Origin: Amphiscolops sp. MND2022
Taxonomy: Eukaryota
Direction: 5' to 3'
Length of the DNA stretch: 64,000 bases
Assembly (NCBI GenBank): GCA_964187785.1
Contig: OZ076409.1
Span: 2,668,001 to 2,732,000 of the forward strand
Part shown: positions 1 through 14,447 of the stretch, one piece after another
How the letters are laid out: each line of letters starts with the position of its first letter
Numbering within the stretch: position 1 is the first letter of the stretch
Translations under genes and position numbers: made by a program
Notes under the pieces: model-generated
Seen by the model: only the letters and a program-made list of their open reading frames with translations
What the model was told of the DNA's origin: nothing
Database searches by the model: none

Positions 1-921
1 TCCGTTTTCTTTGTTCACTCAAATGTAATCCTTTCATGCATTAAAAAGTTTACAGAGTCTGCATTTGGAAGTTATTTCGCGTGATTAAATGAATGATCAC
101 AAAACGGAAGCGAGCTGAAGAAAAGCGTGAACCAAGTTCCTGATTTACATTTTCATCCAATATCGTCGTGAACAAGGAAAAGTGTAGAAGGGGATTTGAA
201 TTACCTTCGTGTTCCTGGGTTCGAATTACGTCACATTTATCTCATGTTACGTCATACCAACGATTGATCAGGAAAAGAAATCGACCGTGATGAATAATTA
301 ATGAGGAAGCCGACGGGATTCACATTTATCTTAGACTTGGATGGATAAGACCTTGATAAATTGTCATGATTTATTGACGCTGATAGAAGCTAAACACAAA
401 TTTCACGAAAGTTCAAATTGACAGCATGCTTTATGGTTGTATTAACAGCCTTAAAGTGAGCAATCAATTCGAACTTTTTCGTGACAAGCTAAGACAAGTC
501 TAGACTATTCAATTTCATTGAGAAAAAAGTTCTAATAAATGTAGTTTGATGAAAGAATAGAAAATCTGAATAATGAACATTAATGAAAAATATCAATCTG
601 AAAATGAATTTATATAATTTCGTTTCCAGATTGATATGTTTTTTCTTTGTTATTCTTGTTATTTTTTCCGTATTGTATCACAAAATGTTGCCATTCCAAA
701 AATTCATTTTTTGGAAAGGCTAAAGCGCTTTTTTCTTTATAAATTACACAAAATCTCGGTTCCACAAAACTCGCATACGGGATTTTTCAGGCCAGTAAAC
801 AATTTCCTTACTTAACCGGAAACAAAAAAAAACGACCGAATACTCTAAGAAAATGAGCAAAATTTCGATAAAAATTTGCACAATTCCAAAAAACAGCCCA
901 TTTTGAAATCGTTTAGATTTG

Positions 922-1201
922 AAAATTTCTGATTAAGCGTGGGCCCAAGCGATTTTTCCTTATTAAGTGTAGTCCCTATTTTAAAATTGTGGTCCCTGCA
1001 TATTTTGTTGGAATTATTATTATAACGTCGTCAGCTATGTTCACATACCGGCAGTGACTTAAACGCAGGAGCGAAGCGAAGCGGAGCGACGTGCCATATG
1101 GCCATGCCTCAATGTTGCTACTTGGCGAAGGGAGCGAACCAACCGAGCCATACAACAAATGTGCCAACCTCTTCTGGGGACCACACTTAGTCAGGAGTAC
1201 C
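922..1201. mobile_element. Merlin-like MITE, decayed copy
   Basis: Similar to 18552-18879. Right TIR GGGACCACACTTAGTCAGGAGTACC, degenerate left TIR, flanks TAGATTTG/TAGACTTG (8-bp TSD, 1 mismatch). Confidence 0.7.
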
Positions 1202-1575
1202 TAGACTTGTAAACAGCGTGAAATTGTTTTGATAGCGACTACTCATATAAATTAGGAAAAAGGGAGAACTGATTTCAAGTTGGTTAACAGGTTACAAGTT
1301 TTACCTAAATTTCACTTCTCGAACAATTCATACTTAACACCCATTAGAACCTCAAAAAGTGATCTGTATTTATATTCGCATTTTATGCGCTCTACTTACA
1401 ATTATTTTCTCTGCAACCCTATGGACGTAGGTGTGATAATGGAATGTGATTATCCATACACTGACATCTTCATAAATCCTTGTTAATGTTTTATTTCCAA
1501 TAACTACCTATCAATTACCAATTTGTTTCTAACTATCTAATGAATCATTCATTCGAACTATTTTTTTAGATACAG

Positions 1576-2662
1576 CAGGTTGGTAAATTATGTATTCTAC
1601 ATACAATATATGTACATATATGCATGTACATTATGTATTACGCCAAATTTACAAATGTACATTATGTATTGAACGGTTTTACATTATGTACAATTACCAA
1701 TAATTAATAAGCCAACATTTTAAGAAATAATTAAGTACAGTTATAGCAAACTATATTCAAACTGTTGATGATCTTTTTCGACCTTCAAATTTTTGCCGGA
1801 CATTTCAGAATATTACGTAACCCACATATCACTGACTTATCAACGAAAACACTTAAAAAATATATGACGCTAGTGACTCAAAAAGTTGAATTACAGAATT
1901 ACTACACTAAAAGGGGCCACAAAATTACGCCGTATTACAAATTTACGAGCGTCTCTTAGCAATGAAACTCGGTGGTCATCTGTTTTTAAAATGGTGGATC
2001 GTTATATCGAAATCATGGATTTTATTGGGGATTTAACAGATCCTGATTTTATACCACTTCTGTCTCCCGGAGAAAACGCGACTGTTCAGCAGCTTCAGAA
2101 AAAACTTCAGGACCTAAATTCAATTACAATGGAGCTTCGAAAGGACGACATGGATCTTTCAAAAGTTCGCAAATTATTCAACGCCGTTGTCGAAGATTTT
2201 CCAATAATGTCGAAGTATCTATTGGAAAATTCTGAAATTATTCAAAACCCAGAATTTGAAAATGCAATTGTTAAAGCCATTGATTCAAAACCCCTAGATG
2301 GAAATGAACAAATGTTGTGAAAAGATTTCAAGAAAACATCAGATATATCAGTGGTTTCCGTTGCCAGCACTACAGAAAGCTACGCTGAAAGAGTTCTGTC
2401 CAACTTCACTAGAAGAAACCATGTTTTTGAATTATAATTCTTCATTATGGAATTTAAAAACAGTTGAAAGTGTAATATAATTAAATACATGAATAAAAGT
2501 TTCTGAAAATAACATTTTTTCTTCACTTAGAACAATAGAGGATTTTTACCATTATGGAAATTTTGTACATTATGTATTTTGGGTGTTTCAAATATGTACA
2601 TAATGTATGGGGACATAAAATAGACCTTACAATATATGTACATACAATTTTTCCCAACCCTG
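1576..2662 (+). mobile_element. Internally deleted hAT DNA transposon
   Basis: TIRs CAGGTTGGTAAA / TTTCCCAACCCTG, perfect 8-bp TSD AGATACAG (1568-1575, 2663-2670), subterminal TACATTATGTA repeats, internal transposase fragment. Confidence 0.85.
1886..2320 (+). pseudogene. hAT transposase fragment
   Basis: NETRWSSVFKMVDRY (hAT TRW motif) followed by an LNSITMELRK helix; truncated at both ends. Confidence 0.75.
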
Positions 2663-2834
2663 AGATACAGGTTTCAATTTTCTGATAAGAGTTTTGATTG
2701 ATATGAGTTGTCACTTGACACGAGACAAATTTAGTCGCCGATCGGTGCTGTTCATTTTCAGTTTTGCTCCGCGACTTCATGAAACGACCTTGACTAAATA
2801 GAACACACAGTAAATGCTCGTGACTATTCAAATT

Positions 2835-2957
2835 GTAGAATATTCAAAACGTCGAGCGTGTATTACGTGTATTTTATTGAAATTTGGTTGGCTCATTTAA
2901 TGCAATTTTGGTCACGTGACTGCGTGTAAACTGCTTTCGACGCTTTGAATATTCTAC
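2835..2957. repeat. Short inverted-repeat element (MITE-like)
   Basis: GTAGAATATTCAAAACGTCGA ... TCGACGCTTTGAATATTCTAC. Confidence 0.55.
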
Positions 2958-5376
2958 GTGAATGCTACCCCCGTGAAGTTCCCCCGTGAATGCTACCGTG
3001 TGATAAGGAACATTAGTCACTGGATAGTCGTGCAGACTTGGTTTTTTGTGGATAATTTTTCAACAATAAGTTATTTAAAAGTAATTCGAATATGTATATT
3101 CGAAAATAATTTATTTTTCAGAAATTAAAATTTTTTTATTTGTTCTTGGTATATTCAAACTTATATTTCTACAGTTGAGGTAACCTACATTGCGCGTGGA
3201 TAAACATTGAGTATCTCCTACTTCCAACATTGCCGAACGACTATTCAGCTCTGCCAAGCTCAGTTTCGCTGATACTCCCAAGCGGCTATCGCCAACTTCA
3301 CTGGAAAACTTGTTATTTTAAAAACCAAATGATGCATATTGGAGTGAATTTGTTGTAAATGAAAATGTGACAAATTGAAATGTTCCAGAAATTATTTTTA
3401 CGGTCGAAAATTATTCAATTATTCATTTTTAAGAATCGACACATGAAATAGGTTAGTTTTTGCCGGAAATATTTTTAATATTAAATTGTATATCCCTGGA
3501 GCCGGCAAAATGTGATTATTTATCGCTGGGCTAAAAGCATGGAATTAAATTTAAAATACTCTTTTATACAGGAAAACGTTCTTGCAGGAAAGAATTTGAT
3601 TAGTCACATACACTTATCTCTAAAGCTGTTTTGACATTTCGATTTGATACATTTTACCGCAATTTTTGATATTATTTTCCACAAAATAAAGTTCGATCCC
3701 TAGAACAAGCCAAAATCGCATAGACAGGCCCTGGTTTCAATGCAACGTTTAAATGTCAATCAATGTATAAAAGATTATCCCGACATCAAATATTTCGATG
3801 GACCAAAATTTATCTCATATGTCGGCATATTGGTGTTTGAACTTCGTTTCTTACCCCCATCCCGCAGCGTGGTGGTAGGAAAATAGGAAACGTGGTCCTT
3901 GAAAGTGTTAGAAACGCAGGAAATCATTAAAAACTAAAAAGTGACTACAATTTTTCCTACTTTTTGAGTATTCCGATTCTTTGAAGAACAATTTTTCATT
4001 TGTTTAACTGTTTCATTTGAACTGTTTCTTGATGTAGCTGGTAGGCGGTTCGAAAGGCAAAAATTCGTTTACACAATGTTTTTCATCATTTCTTCACACT
4101 TTTTTCTCACGTGGGTTGAAAGCCATTCAATAAACTGTCAGCTGTGAAAACTTCCTTCAAGGTGTTAAAGCAAATTTGGATGTGACATTTTTGGGTTTGA
4201 TCACGCGCTAAGGGTTTAGGTTGTCACTGGGTTGATTCTCATTTTTGTACTTGGACTCCGATGACTTTAGGTAATTTGTCTTTCATCATTTTTTGCCCAT
4301 GTTCCATATTTTTGCCCAAGTCCACCCAATTTGGCTACCAAAAATTTTAAACTTTAAATTGTTTTTTAATCTAGTCATTTTATAGGAACGTCGCAGATGC
4401 AAATGTATCTCAAATTTTGATCACAATTTAAACGGTGCTTTTTGCTTCGAAGTAAAGTGGAATCAAAAATTCAAAAGTTTTAATATCACATAGTATTTTA
4501 GGGAGTTTTGGAATTTTTCCAACAATTATGACGCAAGTGGTCGAAAAAAATGGTTTGGTGATCATCTTGTGGTGTAATTTCAAAAGAAGGACATTTTCAG
4601 AAAAAGCGTGAACGTCAAAAGTTAGAGATCTGAATCAAAGCTACAAGTTTGTTGGATGCATTTTCAGCTGCGAACAGCGGTTTTCGAGATATTGCATGAT
4701 GAAATTTGGGAATGCCTATATCAAGAAGCAGGCAAAGTGTTAAAAGTTTTGTAATATCGGTTCGAATTCAAAACTAAATGCGTCGCTGTAGCTTTGATCA
4801 AAATTTGAAAATGATTTCCTCGCAGTTCATGTAACTTTTGAAATTTGGTTGTGGTTTAGTCTTTTGGGCACCGTAGTGCCTTTCACGCACAAAACGAATT
4901 TCCGAATTATAAAGCAAAGTGAAAAGTTTGAGCAAAGGTTTAATTTACATTATTTTCACAAAGATAGCTAGCATTCAAACTGTATTCAAACGCTTTACTT
5001 GCATTACTCAGCTTTATATACGTTCCGAAATGATAAACCCAAGCAACAAAATTTCAAGGGTGCAAAAAAGTATACTGTCATTCATTTTGCGTAAATTATG
5101 TTCTGATACCAATTCAAATATCTACACCGGCAACAAAGTGTTGTCCAATAGAAGAAGTACCATTGAAAAAGCCAAAATGACATCACGAAACAATCAAACA
5201 GTTTGTTCAAAAGGCGTCCAAAGTCAGATCGTGAAGTGCACATAGGCAACTTGGGAATATTCTAATTTACTTAACTACCGTTTCTGAAAACTTGGGGACT
5301 ACTTAGGTTAAAAGCAAATTCCCGTATAGAAAAAAAAACAAGTAAATTGCGATAAGTAACAGTCTGATGTCCGAAT

Positions 5377-5750
5377 TTGAACCTATCAGCATCTACACTT
5401 GTAAAAAAATTTCCAAAAGAACTGGACGCTTGTAAATCTTTAGGGCCGTCCAAAATACCAGCTTGGGCTCTTAAAGATTCTATCAGCACGATTGCTGAAC
5501 CACTGTGCTTTTTGATAAATGCTTTCTTGGATGAAGGTAGGTTCTTTTTCTGCAACTGACGCAATAGTATATGCTACGGAAAAAAATAAGGAAAGAAATT
5601 GATTGCAATCAATTGTTATAGCTGCTCTACTGGATTTATAAAGGCTTTTGACTCTATTCCACATGAAATTCTACTAGAAAAACTGAAGGAACTTCATTTC
5701 GATAAAAAAAGTAGTGTCTCTAATAGAAAGTTTCCTGATTGGACAATTCA
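5377..5750 (+). pseudogene. Non-LTR (LINE) reverse transcriptase fragment
   Basis: KSLGPSKIPAWALKDSISTIAEPLCFLINAFL and, further on, DLxKAFDSIPHEILLEKL; contains stops and a deletion. Confidence 0.75.
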
Positions 5751-7023
5751 ATAGGTTTGAGAGATAATATGGATAACCGACATGTTCAACGAAGTGAAGG
5801 TTTGTAGAATATGGTTCACGAGCTGCTTCAAGGAAGTTGAAGACAACAAACCGAGATCTATTTCAAAGCAAGTTTAGCCTAACAAACGTTTACCAACCGC
5901 GTAGACTCTAGACTTCGCGTGTTAACGAATTTGGTCAGTTTCAGGAACTGGAGAAAGTTTTCAAAGTGAACAGGTTGTTGGAAGAAAAGTACCCAAGAAT
6001 AATACGCAAGAAAGATTATACCTTCTTAACATTTGTTCAAATGATTAGGAATTTTTCGTGGATCGTTTTTCAACAAAATTAAATTGACATTTTTGGCCGT
6101 TAGCAGCGACAACTACTTTCGGCGGTGTGTTTTTTGTTGAAGATAATCAGTGTCTTGTGATTCATATTCCCAGAAAGTTGAGTGGAAGTTTCCTTAGCCG
6201 TACTGATTTTTTCCGTGAAGCTTTGGGTTGAGAGAAAAGCTACATATCTGAGGTGAATTTGCAATCTTCACGACATCGATTATGTCATTGAAAAATCTTT
6301 CATCAGTTTGTTGAATGACTAACTCTGCTCTCGGTCAGCAAGGTTTTGTTCTCACTGCTCATCCGTTGCACTCTCAGGAAACTAGATTCCCACTACCTCA
6401 TTGGCAATTGCCACAATTGGAGCTACAAGTAAATCATCACGTTTAGCAGCTTCTGACAAATTCAAAAATCATTCGTTTGGGTTATCTAGTCAAGTTTAAA
6501 GAAACTTTTATTGGCTGAATCTGTGATCTAAAAAACCGTTTAGTGCGAGTAGATCCTAGGGATCAACGAATCTGTCGTTTTTAGGGAAGAGTTCGGATTA
6601 GATGTCGAACCGACCAATAAATGAGGCAAGAAGTAGTTTTTTTCGGTTACAGACCCGCCGCTGTTAAAGCACAGCTTGAGTTGAAAAATAACAGTCGAAA
6701 TGCGAATGATGTGTACTCCGAGTCGGAGGAGAAAAAGAGTAAGTTAAAGTCCAAATTATGAAGATGAGATTCTTTACAGTGTCAGTGATCATGAAGTAGT
6801 CAACGCAAGAACTAATAAATTGATGAAACGTTACGCGAATGATATTTCAAATTCAAAAATTGAATATAATCAAGGTCATAAAGAGCCACCGTATAGTAGT
6901 CTTCGCAGCTCATCAAAACGGTTCGGGAATTTTTGGAATTGGTATTTTTAGAGAGAATGCAATACGTGTGAAAATTTTCTTCAAATGAGAGATGATCAAG
7001 TTAATTGGAGCACAATTTACTGA

Positions 7024-7930
7024 TTGAAAAACTCTTTTATTAATCTTTTCGAAAGCATCTGTGTTGATCTTTTTGGGCCGAAAGAAGTCAATGTTTGCTT
7101 CAGAAAAACACCAGGGACGAAAGCGTATGCAGTTATTTGTATATGCTTGTTTTCTAGAGCTGTTTACGTGGACCTATTCTTTGTTCAACAAAAACTTTCT
7201 TTCAATTGATTAGAAGATGCGTTATTCTAAGGGTTACCCTAATGTATTAGATTCAGATTCTACCACGCAGTTCGTTGGTTCAAACAGGCATCAAGGTGCT
7301 GGTCTTGTTCTCGATCAAGCAATTTGATCGAAAGAACTTCTTTTCAGGGCGTTAGATGAAAGTTTGTCTATCTCAAGCTGTGCACTCTGGTGTCAAGCAT
7401 GAATCCTTAATTACCTCTATGAAAAATGCCTGTTCTTGCATTTCTGGCGGTCACATTTTAACCCTCATTGAAGAGAGCTGTTTCACTGAATGATCGTTCA
7501 TTTGACTTGGATCACAATCAAAATGAAGTGGTTTTTATTTTTCTAATAGTGTATCTACTTGGTCGAACATTGAACCATTTGTTATCTACTTATCTATGTT
7601 AAGCGAGCAATGACTACGCGATATATGCTAGTAGATACGATTATGAGTTCATTCCGCAGAAGTGGCAGGAGTCTTTTTTGCCTCATGTGGCTCATTATAA
7701 GGCCTGTAAAAAGGAGCGGAAGAAAGTTCAAGATAGCCATGTAGTATTGATAGATCAAAATGCAATTCGAGGTAATTACAGTGGTTTTGTCAGAAACGTC
7801 TACGCTGGACGTGATGATCTTGTCAGAGATGTTAAAACTGGAGCTGTGAGTAAAGATCGTTCTAAGACCGTTTTTTCTCCTTCAATATAGGAAAAAGCCG
7901 TTCTTGTGTCAAAGGATGAGCCTTGAGAAT
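7024..7930 (+). pseudogene. Decayed BEL/Pao LTR retrotransposon integrase and C-terminal region
   Basis: FESICVDLFGP...KAYAVICICLFSRAVYVDL and VVLIDQNAIRGNY...VYAGRDDLVRDV resemble BEL/Pao integrase motifs; frameshifted. Confidence 0.75.
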
Positions 7931-10900
7931 GCAATCTTGTCAACCCAGACATGAGTTTATCATTCAAGAAGTCCATAAATGATTTTTTGGTGAAACAATC
8001 GAAGTTGTGATGATTAACAATTGACTTAGGTTATGTGGTTTTACTTTCAAGTCGAATAAGAATTACGAGAAAATTAGCACGAAGAAGTGTTTACTTGGGT
8101 TCTGGGAAAATGAAGAATAGTCAAAGCTGAGGGCATTGTAGACGTGAATCAATTCAACTGAAAATTTACAAAGAGAGTTTTTCTGCTACAAAATTTCCGC
8201 AACGCCTTACTGTAGACGCCTTACTGTTACAAGATTCAACATTGATATCAAAAAGGTTTCATTACAAGTTTCATGATTCATAAACAGTTTTTGAAAATCT
8301 GTTTTGCACACCAGTTTTTGAGGTGTTACCGTTTTTCGAAAATTTGTTAAAGGTGAATGATTATTCTTGCCAAGTTTCAAAATTGATTTTGAAATTTTGT
8401 TTCTTGCTTTTCATACTTTTTTGAGAATTATACCTTGCAGGGTTTTTTTGGGTTGTTTGGGGGGGTAACAACAAGTAATTGCCCTCAATAGAGGCTTAAT
8501 AATTGGGGCGGTTGAGAGATATTCATCTCAAAGCGTCTGCAGTCCAAAAATTTCTAGCCTCGTTATCAAATGCTTTCTTCTTAGTTTTCAAAGTCTGAAA
8601 TAATCACAGAGTACAAGTGATGAAACTTCAACCTTTTCAGTTCATAAACTTGTTCATAGAGCAATTAAAATCAACGTTGATTGTGACATTTTTCCTAAAC
8701 ACTTTTACTCATCATGTTTTGACACTGGTCTCTATAGAAAGATGAATACTTCAGATTGATACGAGTTGAGACAATTTTCAATATCGATCAAAGTTTGAAA
8801 TCTACATAATAAGTTTTACAAAATCAACTTATTCGACCAATTCAAAAATCCATTTTCAAAAAGTTAATACCCCCAATTACGTTCGTGAAAGCCTAATGAA
8901 ATGTAATTCATATGTACGTTCATTCGATTGAAGCGTACAATTCGATTGAAACAATTTTGCTCCATTGTTTACGTTTCGTAGTCGGAAAAATGAAGGTATA
9001 GCTTTTGACTCATCTTAAGTTGGTTGGCGTCATGAAACTATTTTTATCTGCGAAATCCTACCCAATTGTTTCGCCAGTACCTTCATTCACTTTATTCAAA
9101 AACTACAACGTTCAGATTGACATGAGCGAAGCAAAGCTTCGAAAGCAGTTTTTTGAACAATACTTGATTAAAAGTAGCAGAAGATTTCTAGTATACCTCA
9201 AAATTTGAGACTGTGACGTCTCAAAAACGTGACGTTTTTTCTCTAGTTCCATTCATTCCTTTTCGAATAGATCAAGTTGAAAAATGTTACATTTGTTTTA
9301 TTTGCGCAATTTGACATGAATTTCAAGTTATTCCCATGTTGAGCTTTCCTTGAGAAACTGTAAAGATCTGTGAGCCAATTTTCCTTGAGGATCTGTAAAG
9401 ATCGTGCCACTGCTACGTAAGGACAACTGCAGATCTGTAAGGATCTTTACAGATGTTCAAAGATTTTCTGTACAGATTTCTCAGGAATTTTTTTCCGGAC
9501 CTTCTAGTGAAACCATGCATTTCATTTTTTAGCTTCTTCAGTAAGTATTTTCGCTCACCAAGGCTCAGTCAGTTGAAGCTCTCCATCACTCAAAATTCTT
9601 GAGCAGGAAATTTTGTCCCCATCACGGTAATTTTGGTGTCTGGGGAATGTTCGGTGTTGGTTATACACTGTAATTTATCCTTTTCACTTGAACTTTCCAG
9701 GAGTGGTTTTTCAACTTCGAGAGGCTCGTTTGCCATATTGACTTCATTTTGACGGATGAAATTTGACATGTGACAACCTTTTGGGTTGGTGGAGGTGTTG
9801 ATAGAGTGCTGTGGTTGTAATATTTCGGAAACATGGTTTGCTGGAGTAGTTTTAGTAATTGCTGGAAACTCGGAATACGTTATAGTAATTTATTGGTATG
9901 GTTAATTTTTAACAAATCCTGGAATATCTGCAAGGATCTGTACAGATATGTACAGATTCGCACAGAAACTTTTTTAAAACTTCAAATAAGAGGTGGGTGT
10001 TTTCCGTAGAGCTTTTTAAAACTAACTATTTTTTTCGAAAACTGAATTTATGACTATTCAATTTTCGAACAATCCTGGAATATCTGTCAGGATCTGTGCA
10101 GAACTGTACAGATTCGCAGGGAGTGCTCAACATGGGTTCTGGTTGGCAAAAAATGTCGAAATAGTTTGGTTCACAAAAGCGTTTACATCTGTAGCTTTTC
10201 ACTCATGTTTTTTGTTAAAGGGTTCATTTGAAAGTATTTTGAAATTGAATCTAATGCTGCTGATTTCCGATTATCTTGATTTCCTAAAAATACTTTTTTT
10301 TGAAAACAGTGACTTTTCAATTTTTTCAAAGATAGGTTTTTGCTCAATTGGTCGACGCAACCCAGCGCAAAACATCGTGAAACACTTTCAAGTCTTGCAT
10401 ACTTTTGCATACTTTAGCATATTCCTGTTCTTAAGATCTTGTTTGTTTTTGCTTCGAACCAACCTTTAGAAACTCTCAGGATGAATTTCGGTAAGAGTTT
10501 TTTTATCAACGTTTTTTATCAAGTTTTTTATCAACGTTTATCAAGTTTTTTATCATTTTATCAACTTGCCAAGATTAATATTGGTAAAGATCAATTTTGT
10601 ACTGTTCAATTGTTTATGTGTTGGTTATGAGACACCACAAAGTGATGAAATTCAAGATGTGATATGTAACGTTCCCCTGTCATAGCAACTCTTCTGAAAA
10701 TTTGAAGAAATCCAAATGACTATAATTTTATTCATATTCCGCAAATGGTGTCAGTGTCAGCTCAAAGACCTGTCCCGAGAATTGCAAAGGACGAAAACCA
10801 CAATTGCCACGCAGGAGAACCCGAAAAACAGACAGAGAAAACGCCACGTTTGTGCAAAAAAGTCTCCATTAGCCAAGTGCTAAATACGCCAAGACGTAAT

Positions 10901-13206
10901 TCAAACTGAATCATGTGCTTTCTTTAGCATGATGCTACTATATGTTGTATTTGCCCAAATTGAATCATTCTGCTTAAATAAGCCTCTGGTGTTTGTGTCT
11001 TTTTTTAATCACCGTGCAATGCTGTACATGGCTGTATTTCCTTGATGTCTTAGCTCGTGAGCTACTAATTTGTACTCTCCTACAACTTAATTGAAAAAAT
11101 TCATCGTTGACACCACCACCCACGTTTTTAAAGGCTTTCTAAGCTGTGACCGTAAGAGAAAAAGCAAGATGCCTGTTGCTGATAGAAAATTACAGACTTG
11201 AACAGGTCGGCAAGTGCTCCTTAGAAGCGGAATCCTCTCCTGACGGGACACGTTTCACCTCTAGGAGGCAAAATGGACTTGTGGCTATGGACGCCTGTCC
11301 CAGGCAAATACCAGATACAAATATATCAAAAGTTGCTCCATCTTCATTGACTGAGAAGCGACAATTATGGATTGTCGTTACAATAGCTAGGTTGGTAGCG
11401 TGAACGGCTACGGTATAAAAGGTAAGCTGATCAAGCTGCAGCTAACGACTGTTTTGTTTATTTTCAGTCGGATTTGATTGCTTTTTTCTTGAAAATCTTG
11501 GCAAGACTGGGTAAGATTGTACATATTGTTGGCGCTCTTAAGAACCTTGCAAAGTCTTACCAAGTGTTTCACGGAAATGCAAAGCTTGTATCAAAGGTTT
11601 CAAGAGATTTCACTTGTGAATCCTTCAAGATGAAGACTAATTTAAATCATAGGAGTTGTAGATTAAATTAAGCGAACAAATGTCAGACCGTTTTTTTTCA
11701 GTTCATCTCTTGAATTCCTCAAAAACCATCGTCATTCAAATAAAAATAAGTTTTGAGGAAGAAAAAATGTTCCGGGAAACTTTTTGAACGTACAATTTTT
11801 TGGGCTCGCGTTCAATTCTTTCGACTAGTAGTCAATTCTTTTGGCAAGCAATCAATGGTTAAAGAACATTTTGCCCTAGTTATAACAAGGTGTTTGTATT
11901 AGAACTGAAATAACTTGTCTGAGCTCTGATTTGAGAAAAAGCTGAGTCTAAGTCTGAATTTCCGTGCAACATCTACAGTGGACAACATAAATTTGAGCTT
12001 AAATATCTGCTAGGATTTCATAAAATTTAGCAACATTTTCAATGCGAAACAGTATTTATAGTGCTCTAAGTATCAAAAGTTCGGAAACTAACAAAATAAG
12101 ATTAAGTGCTTCTTTTTCACTTTTTTTTCTTCAATATTTCTAATCTTTTTTGCAGAATAATTAAAAGCATGAAAGTATACATGAGTAATCAAAGCAACCT
12201 AATTATGTTTCAATTGCATCAAATCTCTGAAAAACAACAAATTTACAAAAAATGGATAATGAAGGAGCTACCAGAATATCTAATCTAACAATGATAACTT
12301 TGAGATTCCCACAAAATATAGGCAAGGCGAATAATACAATCCAACGTCATTAACTTACATTTCTAAATCGGATGTGGAAACAATTTTGTCAGATATTTTA
12401 GGGTCAAAATTTTTTTTTCATAGTGGAACCCTCGGATGCAATTTTGTTTAATCAAAGTTGTTTTAGTTACGTACTTTCTTTTCATCCATGTTTAGAGAAC
12501 GAACTAAGAAAAATATCATGAAAATTATTCTTCAGGCAAATTCCCATGAAGGAAAAATATCTCGATGTTTTCCAAAGTATTTCAGGGTTTGTGCGATAAA
12601 TTTTTTCATTTTCTCCAACAACTTTGATTGCACAATTGAAAAATCACAAATTTTTAATTGAAAATTCTTAACTTTTGAAACTGTACAGAGTGAAAGGGTT
12701 GCTTGAAACGAAGCAGATTATCAAAAAATTGCTCTTATTCCCCCGCACCCACACTTTTTTGAAAATAAAAAATCAACTTAAGGGACTCTATTTTACAATA
12801 TCTGTCAAACTATGAAGAACCATTTCAGAATCACAGTTTGGACACTTTCTTGTTTCGAATGACATGGAATAATCCTGAAGGAATTTTATTGCTGCATTTT
12901 TTCATTCACGTGAACGTACAATTTCGCAAAATTCAGTTTTTTCAACCGGAAGTGATGTGAACAAAATCAGAAAAAAGGCAATTATTTCATTAACATGCCT
13001 GAACAACCTTGATTGAAATGAGCAGCATTCTGATTTTGTGTTGCCTGAACAAATTCAATTGATAAAAGCAAGCGTTCTGATAGCATTTTCAGGAGCCAAA
13101 AAAGTGTGTGTGTGTGGGGGGGGTTGTAGGAATAAATTCCCAGAACAGAACGGCACAAAAATGGAACGGATTCAATCTCGATAGATCTTGAAAGGTGTTG
13201 GTTGGA

Positions 13207-13443
13207 TCATCTGATGATCTGTGATTGGTTAGAGATCAACAGTGTTGGATCCAAAAAGCTTTCTAAAGCTGGAAGTGTTGTTTCTGGCCACTGCGCCTTG
13301 GCCGTTGCTGTTATTGGCTGCTGGAGTCCTATGTGATTGCATCCTTCTGCAAACTCTTCGAAATCGCGTCTGAAAAAATCACGTTTCATCAGGAAAAGGA
13401 AGAAGCAAACAAGAGCAGAGTGTTTCAAACACTCAATGGACAC
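13207..13443 (-). CDS. GPCR-like gene, C-terminal exon
   Basis: Acceptor ...agtag|GTG joins in phase 0 after TFK of the TM7 exon; ends in a stop codon. Confidence 0.55.
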   Translation of the reverse strand: MSIECLKHSALVCFFLFLMKRDFFRRDFEEFAEGCNHIGLQQPITATAKAQWPETTLPALESFLDPTLLISNQSQIIR

Positions 13444-13843
13444 CTACTGTGGAACTTTTGAATTACCAAACACTGCTGAAAATGTTGAGAGGTACACTTG
13501 AGACTCGAAAACAGCTTTTTTTTTAAACTGGAAACATCAGAAAAACTCAGATTTTTGAATGTTTGAAATTTTTTTCTTTCAAAAATGTTGCATAGTGCCC
13601 GAAAAACCCAAAAAGAGATCCTTAAGTCTCGCTAAACCCGAAAAACTCTTAATACTGAAAAATCCCTAATTGGGGACCATTTGGTCTCAGATAGTTCCGA
13701 GGATACCATAAGTTATGAAAAACTTAAGAACACAAAAGAAGTTTTACACTCTTTAGATTTTTCAGGTCCTTCAGGTCACCCTTAGATTTAAGGTGAGATT
13801 TACGGAAATTGATGAAAGTGGACGTTTCACGGTGACCGATGAA

Positions 13844-14447
13844 AACAAGTCGGGAACGGCTCCAGTCGGCGCCCCGAACAAAAGTGTACCCGGGAACGTG
13901 GTTTTAGTTTCAATCCTTGAACAAAGATTTTTCGAATTTCCAAAAAAGTCCTATAGTACTGAAAACCTGACCCTGAAGCTTTCCATTGAACGCAAATTAT
14001 GAGCAATTTTGGGAAAAAATCATTAACGTTATACGAGAAATGGAAACGTTATAACCGAACTTTGAAAATGATACATCCGAACTTTCAAAACGTTTTATCC
14101 GAATATATGTACGTGTTAGATGTTATGTATGTTCTTAGGAAGCGCCGAAACATTTTCGGAATAAAAGTCTCACAGTGCCGAAAAAATCAAAGTTAAAAAC
14201 ACCAAGGTAGCCGAAGGGGGACCCTTGGTATGTTTGCGAGGTTCTAGTTCGTTCGGTATGTCAGTAGGTCACTTGTCTGCAAGTTGAACAAAATGAACAA
14301 AATTCAAATAAGTTTATAAAATCTGGCATTTCGTCGGTCTTAAAAAATATCCACTACTATAGTCTGCTCTTTTCAAGAAAGCGCCTACTAAAAAAACTTA
14401 CCACTGTAAGAGTTGTGGACTTTTTTCCAAGAAGCGCGGACTAAAAA
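13844..14447 (-). mobile_element. HINE-like (Helentron-associated) repeat
   Basis: AACAAGTCGGGAACGGCT..AGTCGGCGCC at one end and AAGCGCGGACTAAAAA at the other; same family as 17036-17530. Confidence 0.6.

Noticed and set aside
9580..9862. Possible extra minus-strand terminal exon
   Set aside because: Open for about 90 codons after a ttccag acceptor, but no recognisable motif and no phase-linked upstream donor found.
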